64,000 nucleotides of DNA from an uncultured Candidatus Saccharibacteria bacterium (GTDB taxonomy: Bacteria; Patescibacteriota; Dojkabacteria; B142; OLB20): NCBI GenBank assembly GCA_964461915.1, contig CAYWVD010000001.1, positions 235,168-299,167 on the forward strand, in the 5' to 3' direction. The translations under genes and the position numbers were made by a program. This document shows positions 44,701 through 53,478 of this stretch, piece by piece. Position 1 is the stretch's first letter. The number at the start of each line of letters is the position of its first letter. The notes beneath the pieces were generated by a model that was not told the DNA's origin, did no database searches, and saw nothing but the letters and a program-made list of their open reading frames with translations.

Positions 44701-44783
44701 GCCGAGGTGGTGGAATGGTAGACACGCTACCTTGAGGTGGTAGTGCCCGAAAGGGTGTGCAGGTTCAAGTCCTGTTCTCGGCA
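44701..44783 (+). tRNA. tRNA-Leu (anticodon GAG), long variable arm, CCA not encoded
   Basis: Near-duplicate of the tRNA-Leu(TAG) at 29750. Anticodon stem ctacc/ggtag with loop uuGAGgu. Ends ...cctgttctcggca then tga. Confidence 0.8.
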
Positions 44784-44862
44784 TGATCTTTTCAAATTTG
44801 GGCAAGTTTATTCCCAAATAAAGTATTTTTTGTTATACTTACAAAATCCTATACTTCAAAAT

Positions 44863-44939
44863 GGGATCGTAGCTCAACTGGTTAGAGCACTCGCCTGTCA
44901 CGCGAGAGGTTGCGAGTTCGATTCTCGTCGGTCCCGCCA
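44863..44939 (+). tRNA. tRNA-Asp (anticodon GTC), CCA encoded
   Basis: Acceptor gggatcg/cggtccc, anticodon stem ctcgc/gcgag with loop cuGUCac, T-arm gcgag-ttcgatt-ctcgt, G, CCA. Confidence 0.85.
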
Positions 44940-44949
44940 GATTTCTCTT

Positions 44950-45552
44950 TTAATATAACTTTAATTTCTCAACTTTTTCGTCTTCAATTAGTAAAGCTTC
45001 GCTGTCATTTAAGATAAGAAGTTCTTTACCTTCTAGCTTCGCACGATTGGCAATTGGTTTGATATCTTTCTTCTGAGCGTGAACTAAAAAGAAAAAATCC
45101 ACAGCTTTTATACCTGATAAGTCTTTTAGGTATTCCCATTCTTCTTTAGGATGATACCATGTTGGGACTTCAATGGTAGGTTGCATTATATATGACCCAG
45201 CACTTACTCCCACATAAGGTTTGGTTCTAATCCATTCATTTAAGATCTTATCAAAACCGGTTTTGCGAATTTCATCCATTAAATAAAAAGTGTCTCCACC
45301 TCCCACAAAGATCAAATCGAAATCTTTAACTAAATTTCTTAAATTTTCCTCTGAGTTATCTGAAATATCAAATATAGTTGGTTTACAATTTAATTCTAAA
45401 AAATATTGAAGCGTAGGATTAAGATAGTTAATATTTAATTTCTTTTTACAGGCTGTCACAACCCATAAAACCTTTAAACCGTTTAAATCATTAACTAATA
45501 ACTTCATACCTAAAGCAGCAGCTTTTTCATCAGAAGATAATAAAAATTTCAT
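44950..45552 (-). CDS. Peptidase S51 / dipeptidase E-like (class I glutamine-amidotransferase-like fold)
   Basis: LIFVGGGDTFYLMDEI ... YVGVSAGSYI matches the S51 nucleophile-elbow pattern. Confidence 0.55.
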   Translation of the reverse strand: MKFLLSSDEKAAALGMKLLVNDLNGLKVLWVVTACKKKLNINYLNPTLQYFLELNCKPTIFDISDNSEENLRNLVKDFDLIFVGGGDTFYLMDEIRKTGFDKILNEWIRTKPYVGVSAGSYIMQPTIEVPTWYHPKEEWEYLKDLSGIKAVDFFFLVHAQKKDIKPIANRAKLEGKELLILNDSEALLIEDEKVEKLKLY

Positions 45553-45569
45553 ATTTTAAAAAAGATAAA

Positions 45570-47330
45570 TTATATATTTAACCAGTTTTGTTTATTCCAA
45601 AAATCAAAGAATAATCCTTTATTATCAAGTAATTCTTTGAGACTTCCTTGTTCAACTACTTCGCCATTATTTAACACTAATATTCTATCCATTTTCTTGA
45701 GAGTTGAAAGTCTATGAGCAATAACAATTGCTGAAACATTTGATAGGACTTCATCCAACGAAGACTGAATCTTTTGTTCGGAATCTGAATCTAAATGTGA
45801 TGTCGCTTCATCAAAAATAATCAATTGAGGATTTCGAATAATTGCACGAGCAATCCCAACTCTTTGTCTTTCTCCACCAGACAATTTAAAGCCTTTTTCT
45901 CCAATAATTGTATCAAGCCCTAATGGCAATTTTTTTACTACATCTTCAAGATTAGATATTTTAATTGCTTTTTGAATTTGTTCTTCAGTAACCTTTCCAC
46001 TATGTGGCAATCCAATACAGATATTATTTCGGAGAGTGTCATTAAAAAGCTCTGTGTCTTGGCTAACATTAGAGACATATTTCATATAATCGGATCTACG
46101 GATCTTTTTTAACGATTTACCTTCAAAATTAATCGATCCAGAATAATTTTCATATAAATCAAGCATTAGCTTAACGAATGTTGATTTACCTGCCCCTGAA
46201 ATTCCAACAATACCAATTTGATCACCTCTTTTAATAGTTAAATTGAGTTTTTTTAAAACAGGTTTATCACCATAAGAAAAACTTAGATTATCAATCTCAA
46301 TAGTATTCCAATCACTTGGGAAGTCCATCTGATCTTTCTGTTTCTCGATAGTTGGCTTTTCAGACATCAATTTGTTAAATCGTGTTAGATAATTTCTATA
46401 GATTAATAAATCGTTGTATACATCTGTGAATTCCCATATAGCTTCAATCACTTTCCAGAAAAGTGACCTAAATAAGATCAAAGTTCCAATAGATTCAACT
46501 CCAATTGAAATTCTGTAAACCAGATAAAACATAATTACATATTCCATAACTCTAGTAATCGAATCCAAAACATTATTTCGGATTCTAGTCATTAATATGA
46601 ATTTTCGAAAAAACTCTTTAAGATCGACTAATGAATGTTCAATCTTCTCTGCAACTGAATCATATAGATTTAAAGATTTTACAGTCCTAATATTATTTAT
46701 AGATTCAAAGCTTAAACCTTCGTAGACTTCTTCTTCTTTACTTATTGGTTTATATCTTTTAGATACTTTTTTGCTCAGACTTCTAGAAACAAAGAAAAAA
46801 CCAATAATATAAATAAAAATGATTAGTGTTATTGTTTTGTCTACAGAAAAGAAGATTACCGAAACACCAACTATGCTTACAATATTTTCAATTAGAAGAT
46901 TAAAAACTATATGTAAAAGCTCTTTTATTGCATTACTGGCATTATCGATTCTCTTAATTTTATTCCCCGAATTTTCTTTTTCATGCCAATCTAGATCAAG
47001 ATCAAATGAATGTCTTAGCGCTTTGAATTTAGCGTCGAGGGCTGCATGTTTTGCCAGAGTGTGACCAAAATATTTGGCAGTATCATGACTTAGTCTATAA
47101 TATAAAACAGCTATTACCCAATAAACTAATAATGGCAGAGTTAAATCCCATTTATTTGTTATATTTGGATCGGATAAAATTGTTGTTATAGTACTGAAAA
47201 AATATGCAGGTAGAAGATTAACAATATCTGAAGTAGATCTTAAAAAAACGGCCAACCAAAACTTAAGCCTATAAGGCTTTACGAATTGCCATACATCTTT
47301 GATCATTTGGGATAAAGAATACGAATCCAT
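45570..47330 (-). CDS. ABC exporter, fused permease + ATP-binding domains
   Basis: N-terminal 6-TM domain. The NBD has Walker A GISGAGKST, the signature LSGGERQRVGIARA, and Walker B LIIFDEATS. Confidence 0.8.
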   Translation of the reverse strand: MDSYSLSQMIKDVWQFVKPYRLKFWLAVFLRSTSDIVNLLPAYFFSTITTILSDPNITNKWDLTLPLLVYWVIAVLYYRLSHDTAKYFGHTLAKHAALDAKFKALRHSFDLDLDWHEKENSGNKIKRIDNASNAIKELLHIVFNLLIENIVSIVGVSVIFFSVDKTITLIIFIYIIGFFFVSRSLSKKVSKRYKPISKEEEVYEGLSFESINNIRTVKSLNLYDSVAEKIEHSLVDLKEFFRKFILMTRIRNNVLDSITRVMEYVIMFYLVYRISIGVESIGTLILFRSLFWKVIEAIWEFTDVYNDLLIYRNYLTRFNKLMSEKPTIEKQKDQMDFPSDWNTIEIDNLSFSYGDKPVLKKLNLTIKRGDQIGIVGISGAGKSTFVKLMLDLYENYSGSINFEGKSLKKIRRSDYMKYVSNVSQDTELFNDTLRNNICIGLPHSGKVTEEQIQKAIKISNLEDVVKKLPLGLDTIIGEKGFKLSGGERQRVGIARAIIRNPQLIIFDEATSHLDSDSEQKIQSSLDEVLSNVSAIVIAHRLSTLKKMDRILVLNNGEVVEQGSLKELLDNKGLFFDFWNKQNWLNI

Positions 47331-47405
47331 TCTATGGATAATTTAAAAAATATTTGCAGGTGATAAAATGATTATATTAAAATTTGTAATATATAACAAT
47401 TAAAC

Positions 47406-49187
47406 ATGGGAAAAAATACTTGGGATTTAGAACAAATAATGCCGATAAATGTTCTAAAGGATAATTTGAAAAAAACTTCTGATGAAATTAAAATACTGAA
47501 ATCTGAGATAAATAGTCTTTCTCCTGAAATAGATTCCAACTTATTCTCTAAAGTAATTAAGCATTTTGAAAATGTTCTCAATAAAATTTATATCTTAAAT
47601 GCAAGAGTTTCTTTAAATATCGAAATAGATCTTAAAAATCAAGATCTAAGATATTTAGATGGGCTAAATACAAATCTAGTAAGGGAATTTGAAGATGTTT
47701 CTAGAACTTTATTTTTATGGATTAAGGGTAAAGAAGAAATTAACAACAAAAAATTGGATTTGCAAAATGCGAAAAGGCTTTTTGATTCAATTAAAGATAA
47801 ATCCTACTTCTTTAAAAGAGAGAGGGAGCTTGCAAAATATTCATTATCTTCTAATGAAGAAGCCCTCGTATTTAATAAAGATTTATACGGTATAAATACT
47901 GTTTTAGAATTAAGAACTCTTATTGAAAACAAACAAGAATACCCAGTCGAAATTGATGGGAAAAAGAAGATTTTAAAAACAATAGCCGAACTAAGTAAAT
48001 TTTTTGAATCACCAGAAAGACAGAATCGAATTAACTCTTATAACTCCCTCTACGAACAAATTGAAAAAAACGAAACTGAATACAGCTCGATTTATCAAAG
48101 TGTTGTTAAAGATTTTAACTACTCGGCAAAATTAAGAGGTTTCAAATCACCGATTTCGGTTATGAATATCTCAAACGATGTCTCTGATGAAATTGTTGAT
48201 AACTTATTTAAGGCTTGTGATAATCATATACCCCTCTTCCATAAGTACTTTTCGATCAAATCGGATTACCTAAAAATAAAAGATTTTTCAAGATATGACC
48301 TTTATGCTCCAGTAAATCATGAATCCAAAAAAGAGATTTCAATTGATAAAGCTAAAGAAAATATTTTGAAACTTTACAAGGAACTTGATATCGAATTTTA
48401 TGATAAAGCCAAAATACTAATAGATGGTAAGTTTATTGATTACTTCCCAAGAGAAAATAAAAAGAGTGGGGGATTCTGCGCTGGAATAACTCCTACTAAT
48501 AAACCATTTATTTTATTGAACTATACAGGGAGTTCAAGAGATTTTGTTACAATGGCTCATGAAATAGGCCATGGGATACACTTTATGTTTTCAGGAACTC
48601 AATCAATTTTAAACTACAATGCCCCCTTAATTTTAGCTGAGACCGGCTCTACTCTTGGTGAACTTATGGCTTTTGATTTTTTAATAAAAAATACAAAATC
48701 TAAAGAAGAAAAGATTGGCCTACTTTTTAATAAAATTAGTGATATTTATGCTTCAATTATTAGACAAATATATTTTGAAAAGTTTGAAATCGAAGCTCAC
48801 GAAAAGATTCCCTCCGGTATTAGCTTAGATGAGATTAACTCGATATATTTAACAAATCTTAAGAGTCAATTTGGCAAATCAGTATCTGTCCCGGAAATTT
48901 TCAAACGAGAATGGATGTATATACCTCATATATTTCATACTCCTTTTTACTGTTATTCTTATCCCTTTGGACAATTGCTTGGGATAAGCCTCTATAGGCT
49001 TATTAAAGATAATAAGAAAGAAAATTTGCCTAAAATAAAAAAGATTCTTTCTGCTGGATCTTCAGAGAAACCTGAAAGGTTATTAAAGTCAATCGGAATT
49101 GATATTTCAGATCCTAAATTTTGGGATGAAGGATTCGAATATATAGAATCTCTAATTGAAGATCTACAAAAGGAACTTAAAAGTTAG
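47406..49187 (+). CDS. pepF: M3B oligoendopeptidase F-like metallopeptidase
   Basis: Zinc motif HEIGHGIHF (HExxH) in an M3-like context. Confidence 0.7.
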   Translation: MGKNTWDLEQIMPINVLKDNLKKTSDEIKILKSEINSLSPEIDSNLFSKVIKHFENVLNKIYILNARVSLNIEIDLKNQDLRYLDGLNTNLVREFEDVSRTLFLWIKGKEEINNKKLDLQNAKRLFDSIKDKSYFFKRERELAKYSLSSNEEALVFNKDLYGINTVLELRTLIENKQEYPVEIDGKKKILKTIAELSKFFESPERQNRINSYNSLYEQIEKNETEYSSIYQSVVKDFNYSAKLRGFKSPISVMNISNDVSDEIVDNLFKACDNHIPLFHKYFSIKSDYLKIKDFSRYDLYAPVNHESKKEISIDKAKENILKLYKELDIEFYDKAKILIDGKFIDYFPRENKKSGGFCAGITPTNKPFILLNYTGSSRDFVTMAHEIGHGIHFMFSGTQSILNYNAPLILAETGSTLGELMAFDFLIKNTKSKEEKIGLLFNKISDIYASIIRQIYFEKFEIEAHEKIPSGISLDEINSIYLTNLKSQFGKSVSVPEIFKREWMYIPHIFHTPFYCYSYPFGQLLGISLYRLIKDNKKENLPKIKKILSAGSSEKPERLLKSIGIDISDPKFWDEGFEYIESLIEDLQKELKS

Positions 49188-49535
49188 AATTACTATTAAA
49201 GCGCCAATAAATGCGTTAAATAGTCCAGTTAATTGGTAAATGATATAGATTGCATTATTATCAAGGTTCTTAAATATCGTATCAGGCCTATATTTTCGAT
49301 CACCAAATTGATGTAATAACCAATAGATCATCTCACCAAAACCCCTTAAAAAGAGAAAGATCCCTAGTTCAAGCAAAGCAATTGTAGGCGAAACAATTAA
49401 AGTTGCAATAATAATTAAGAAAATCGGCAAAACAATCAATGCGTCACCATTAATATAAATATGGAATAGAGAAAATATAAAGTGAGGTTTTTCAAAGAAC
49501 CATTTGTTATTTATGATCTTGTTCATCAATTTCAT
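49164..49535 (-). CDS. Small hypothetical membrane protein
   Basis: ORF with 3-4 hydrophobic segments. Confidence 0.3.
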   Translation of the reverse strand: MKLMNKIINNKWFFEKPHFIFSLFHIYINGDALIVLPIFLIIIATLIVSPTIALLELGIFLFLRGFGEMIYWLLHQFGDRKYRPDTIFKNLDNNAIYIIYQLTGLFNAFIGALIVILTFKFLL

Positions 49536-50448
49536 TAATTAGTGTTAAATTATTTCCGAATTTTCCCTTTAATTTTGAAAAATGAAATGAAAAGTTTTTT
49601 CCCATAAAAGTGACTTGTGTACTTTCTGCCTCATAATTGTATTTAATAAATTCAAAATCTCCAAAAGAATAATTTAAAATAAAATTTCCTTTATCTGTTC
49701 GAATTAATCCCTTAATTCTGAAAAAGTCCCATTTAGAAAGGCTTTTAATAAAGGAATCAAATTCCTCATAATTTAACGACTCATAAGTAATAAGCTCCAT
49801 GATATCAACTTCGTTGTGATGATGAGTTTTATCGATATTTGAGCTCGATTTTATACTAGGCAATTTAAGATTAGATCCAAATATAAGATCAGCATCCACA
49901 AAGCCTTTATCGGTTTTAATTTTGGGAGTTTGAGGATTAAGTTCGTAAACATCATCAATAACTTTATCCAGTTCTATTTCAGATAATTTTTCGTGTTTAT
50001 TTATTAATATCAAGCTAGTATATTGAGCTTGTAATTTTGCTGTATAACTTATGTCTTTATAACCTTCAAAATTTTTAGCATCAATTACTGTAATAATTCC
50101 ATCTAGTTTAAGCTTGTCTTCCATTTTTTGGATTTCCCAGGCGATAGGGGCAGGATAAGCAGAACCAGAAGTTTCAATTAATATATGATCCGGTGAATAT
50201 TTTTCAAGAATTTCGTTTATAGCATTACCAAGCTTTCCAACCAAAATGCAACACAAACAACCATTAAGCATCTCGGTAACTTTTATATTTGAATCCTTGA
50301 CTAACTTAGAATCTACTTCGATGTTTCCAAATTCGTTTTTAAGCATTACCATCTTATAATCGGGCGGCATTTGCTTTAGAAGATTGATAATAATAGTGGT
50401 TTTACCAGCACCTAAAAATCCAGTGAAAACTGTAACAGGAATTTGCAT
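49507..50448 (-). CDS. COG0523 (CobW/ZigA-like) GTPase metallochaperone
   Basis: Walker A GFLGAGKTT, the GCxCC motif (NGCLCCIL), and a C-terminal CobW_C-like region. Confidence 0.7.
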   Translation of the reverse strand: MQIPVTVFTGFLGAGKTTIIINLLKQMPPDYKMVMLKNEFGNIEVDSKLVKDSNIKVTEMLNGCLCCILVGKLGNAINEILEKYSPDHILIETSGSAYPAPIAWEIQKMEDKLKLDGIITVIDAKNFEGYKDISYTAKLQAQYTSLILINKHEKLSEIELDKVIDDVYELNPQTPKIKTDKGFVDADLIFGSNLKLPSIKSSSNIDKTHHHNEVDIMELITYESLNYEEFDSFIKSLSKWDFFRIKGLIRTDKGNFILNYSFGDFEFIKYNYEAESTQVTFMGKNFSFHFSKLKGKFGNNLTLINEIDEQDHK

Positions 50449-50501
50449 AGAAAAAATATAACTATATAAGTTATATCAAATTTGCGTGTATTTGGGGAAT
50501 A

Positions 50502-50750
50502 TTAAGCTAAGGTAACACCGTCAACACTACCGAAATTTCTTAAGGCTTTATAACCTTTCATAGAAATAGTGATAGTTTGAACTTTACCTTCGAAGTTAAC
50601 TTTAACTTTTCTTAAATTAGGAGACCATGTCCTATTGGTTTTGTGTGCTCTGAATCTCCAAGCTCCACCACCACCAGAAGAACCTCTTCTATGCTTCATA
50701 TTGTGACCGAAAGCCACTTTTCTACCTGTTAATGCACAAATTCTCGACAT
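50502..50750 (-). CDS. rpmB: 50S ribosomal protein L28
   Basis: MSRICALTGRKVAFGHNMKHRRGSSGGGGAWRFRA...WSPNLRKV is the L28 pattern. Confidence 0.8.
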   Translation of the reverse strand: MSRICALTGRKVAFGHNMKHRRGSSGGGGAWRFRAHKTNRTWSPNLRKVKVNFEGKVQTITISMKGYKALRNFGSVDGVTLA

Positions 50751-50825
50751 GATTGTAAATTACTTAATGAAAATGAATATTACCTAACTAGACTATAAAA
50801 GTCAAATGATTATATCACAAAATAT

Positions 50826-51818
50826 TTAAGATAAGCCAACTATTTCGTAAACTTCTTTAATTGTTTTTTCAGCTATTTCTTTAGCTCTATTTTTTCCAGA
50901 TTCAAGAATTTTTTTAATGAGTTCTGGATCGTTTTCTAAATTTTTTCTTAAAGCCCTTTCTTCTTTAAAATATTCTAAATGAGCATTAAAAAGTTTTTCT
51001 TTTACTTCGACATCTCCTACAGTGCCTTTTAAATACCGTGCCTTTAAATCAGCAACTTCCTCTTTGTTCTGATTTAATAGATCATGAAAAATGAAAACAG
51101 GATTACCTTCTACAACACCTGGATCAGTAGCTTTAATTCTATTTGGATCAGTAAAGCATGACATAATTTGTTTCTTAATGACTTTTTCATCATCAAAAAT
51201 GCCAATTATATTACCAAGTGATTTACTCATCTTCCTTTTGCCATCTGTGCCAATAACTTTTCCAAGATCTTTTGATATTATTGGTTCGGGTTTTTTGAAA
51301 AAATCTTTTTTAACAACCTTGTTAAAATTTTCTGCAATATCTCTAGCCAATTCGATGTGCTGTCTTTGATCTTCACCTACAGGAACCCCATCAACTTGAT
51401 ACAATAAAATATCAGCAGCCATTAATATTGGGTAATTAAACAATCCCATATTAATATTTACATCAGCTCCTTTTGAAAGTTTATCTTTATATGCATGCAT
51501 TCTTTGCATCTGAGCAAAAGAGATGTAATTAGCTAGAACAATTGCCAATTCTGAGTGTTCCGATACATCGGACTGTCTAAAAAAGATGGTTTTTTCAGGG
51601 TCAATTCCTAATGCTAAATAATCTAGTATGACATTACGGATATTATCTTCGAGAATGGTTTTATCTTTTACAGTTGTTAAAGCATGTAAATCAGAAACAA
51701 AGTATAAAGTTTGATGATCAGAATCCTGGAAGTCAATTTGAGGCTTTACAGCTCCGAAATAATTACCAATATGAAGTTTTGAACCACTAGGTGTTATCCC
51801 TGATAAAATTCTTTTCAT
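50826..51818 (-). CDS. trpS: Tryptophanyl-tRNA synthetase
   Basis: Class I motifs: HIGH-like (SGITPSGSKLHIGNYFG) and KMSKS (KMSKSLGN). Size fits TrpRS. Confidence 0.85.
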   Translation of the reverse strand: MKRILSGITPSGSKLHIGNYFGAVKPQIDFQDSDHQTLYFVSDLHALTTVKDKTILEDNIRNVILDYLALGIDPEKTIFFRQSDVSEHSELAIVLANYISFAQMQRMHAYKDKLSKGADVNINMGLFNYPILMAADILLYQVDGVPVGEDQRQHIELARDIAENFNKVVKKDFFKKPEPIISKDLGKVIGTDGKRKMSKSLGNIIGIFDDEKVIKKQIMSCFTDPNRIKATDPGVVEGNPVFIFHDLLNQNKEEVADLKARYLKGTVGDVEVKEKLFNAHLEYFKEERALRKNLENDPELIKKILESGKNRAKEIAEKTIKEVYEIVGLS

Positions 51819-51883
51819 TATTTAAGAAAATATAATTAATTTTACCATATATTAGACCTACCGGCATGGAATAACAATTAAAC

Positions 51884-52735
51884 TTAGAATTGTGAAGTTA
51901 AAACCCTTACTATTACAGGAACTAAAGGTAAATCAATTTTTAAAAGACGAAAAAAGTAATCTTTATCAGTTGGAGCTAAAGGAGAGCCATAAAGCGACTG
52001 AAACATCAAGTTTGGGGAACATCCATTTGAGTGTACATTTGCAGTATATTTACCGGCAGCCTCACAAATGGAAGGTCTTACAGAATAAACTGTACATCGA
52101 TTTGTTCCTGGGTCCAAAAAAACACAGGGGTTATCCCTAGGGACTGGGGTTAAAAGTGCACCAAGTCTAGTACCAAGAAACTCATCTAGTTTTTGTCCAA
52201 AACCAACCCTTCTTGTTATTGCATTCAAATGAAAATCTTCAAGTTGTAATTCCAAAGATCTTTTTAAAGTATCCAATAATTTATCAGGTAAAGTAGTTAA
52301 AACATTTTCTGGGTTTTGTTGATTTATGTGATTAAAATAAGTAGTAGTTAGACTTAATGCTTCTGGAAAATGTACTTTTCTTGGAGACCTACTACCATCT
52401 AATCCAAGAATTATCTGTTCTATTAAATTACTATCTGCTCGTAAACTTCCTGATCTTCTATTGAAAAACTCTCCTATTACATGTGTAGCACTATTTATTT
52501 TAAAAGTTTCAGTATTAGTTAATTCAACTATAGATGGATCGATTGTAGCTAATTGAGCTTGAGCTCTTTTTTTTAAATCCTCAATATATGATCGGTCTTT
52601 ATTCCTTTTTATAAAATCAAAAATTCTGGCCCATTCTACCGGACCAGTTTGAATATTTTGATCATAACAGCAACCAGCGCAACCTACGCCAGGGAAACAA
52701 CCCTGTCCACAAAGAGCTTTATGTGTTGTACTCAT
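51884..52735 (-). CDS. YkgJ/UPF0153-like putative zinc- or iron-chelating protein
   Basis: N-terminal Cys cluster CGQGCFPGVGCAGCC and a C-terminal C....C.VY..RP..C pattern (CVFLDPGTNRCTVYSVRPSIC). Confidence 0.4.
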   Translation of the reverse strand: MSTTHKALCGQGCFPGVGCAGCCYDQNIQTGPVEWARIFDFIKRNKDRSYIEDLKKRAQAQLATIDPSIVELTNTETFKINSATHVIGEFFNRRSGSLRADSNLIEQIILGLDGSRSPRKVHFPEALSLTTTYFNHINQQNPENVLTTLPDKLLDTLKRSLELQLEDFHLNAITRRVGFGQKLDEFLGTRLGALLTPVPRDNPCVFLDPGTNRCTVYSVRPSICEAAGKYTANVHSNGCSPNLMFQSLYGSPLAPTDKDYFFRLLKIDLPLVPVIVRVLTSQF

Positions 52736-52855
52736 AAATAATAATAATAATATATATCTGCTATATTATATCATTTCCATGGGTTTTTATTTGCATAAAA
52801 TGATTTATAAAATATATAATTAGACTTCATTTCTAAAATTTTATACTATCCCCGT

Positions 52856-53458
52856 ATGAACAATGATAATAGTTCGATGAAGTTAATAATAATTTCCGTT
52901 TTAGTAGGTGTATTCGCCTTAATTGGGCTTACATTCTTATTACATAAAGAAGATGCCCCAGTTACACTTCCTATTAAATTTGAAGAATTTACAGATTTTC
53001 AATGTCCTTACTGTGCTTTATATCATCCTATAGTAAAGCAAATTACTTCTGAATTTTCAGATAATGTTGATTATAGATTTGTAAACTATCCTTTATTAGA
53101 ACTACATCCTAATGTAAAAATTGCCCATCAAGCAGTAGTTGCTGCTGGTAATCAAGGTAAATTTAATGAATACGCTAACTTATTATTCGAGAATCAAGAT
53201 AATCAACTAGAAACTGATCTAATTAAATATGCTGTTCAACTAAATTTAGATGTTACCCAATTTACTGCTGACCTTAACAGTCAAGAAACCATCGATAAAG
53301 TGAATGCTGATATGGCCGAAGGAGAGAGCAGGGGAATTAATGCTACTCCAACCTTCTTCATTAATGGAGAAAGAGTTATTTTCAAATCTACCGATAATCC
53401 AGAAACCGTTCTCAGGGAGAAAATCCAAGAGTTAATCAACAAGGCCTCAGCACAATAA
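52856..53458 (+). CDS. DsbA-family thiol:disulfide oxidoreductase with N-terminal membrane anchor
   Basis: Thioredoxin-fold CPYC active site (FTDFQCPYCALYHP). Confidence 0.7.
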   Translation: MNNDNSSMKLIIISVLVGVFALIGLTFLLHKEDAPVTLPIKFEEFTDFQCPYCALYHPIVKQITSEFSDNVDYRFVNYPLLELHPNVKIAHQAVVAAGNQGKFNEYANLLFENQDNQLETDLIKYAVQLNLDVTQFTADLNSQETIDKVNADMAEGESRGINATPTFFINGERVIFKSTDNPETVLREKIQELINKASAQ

Positions 53459-53478
53459 ACTAAGCCCTTTTAGGAGCT

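Noticed and set aside
44629-44958. Track ORFs 44629-44817 (minus) and 44737-44958 (plus)
   Set aside because: They overlap tRNA-Leu(GAG) and tRNA-Asp(GTC) genes. They are artefacts of open frames through structured RNA genes.
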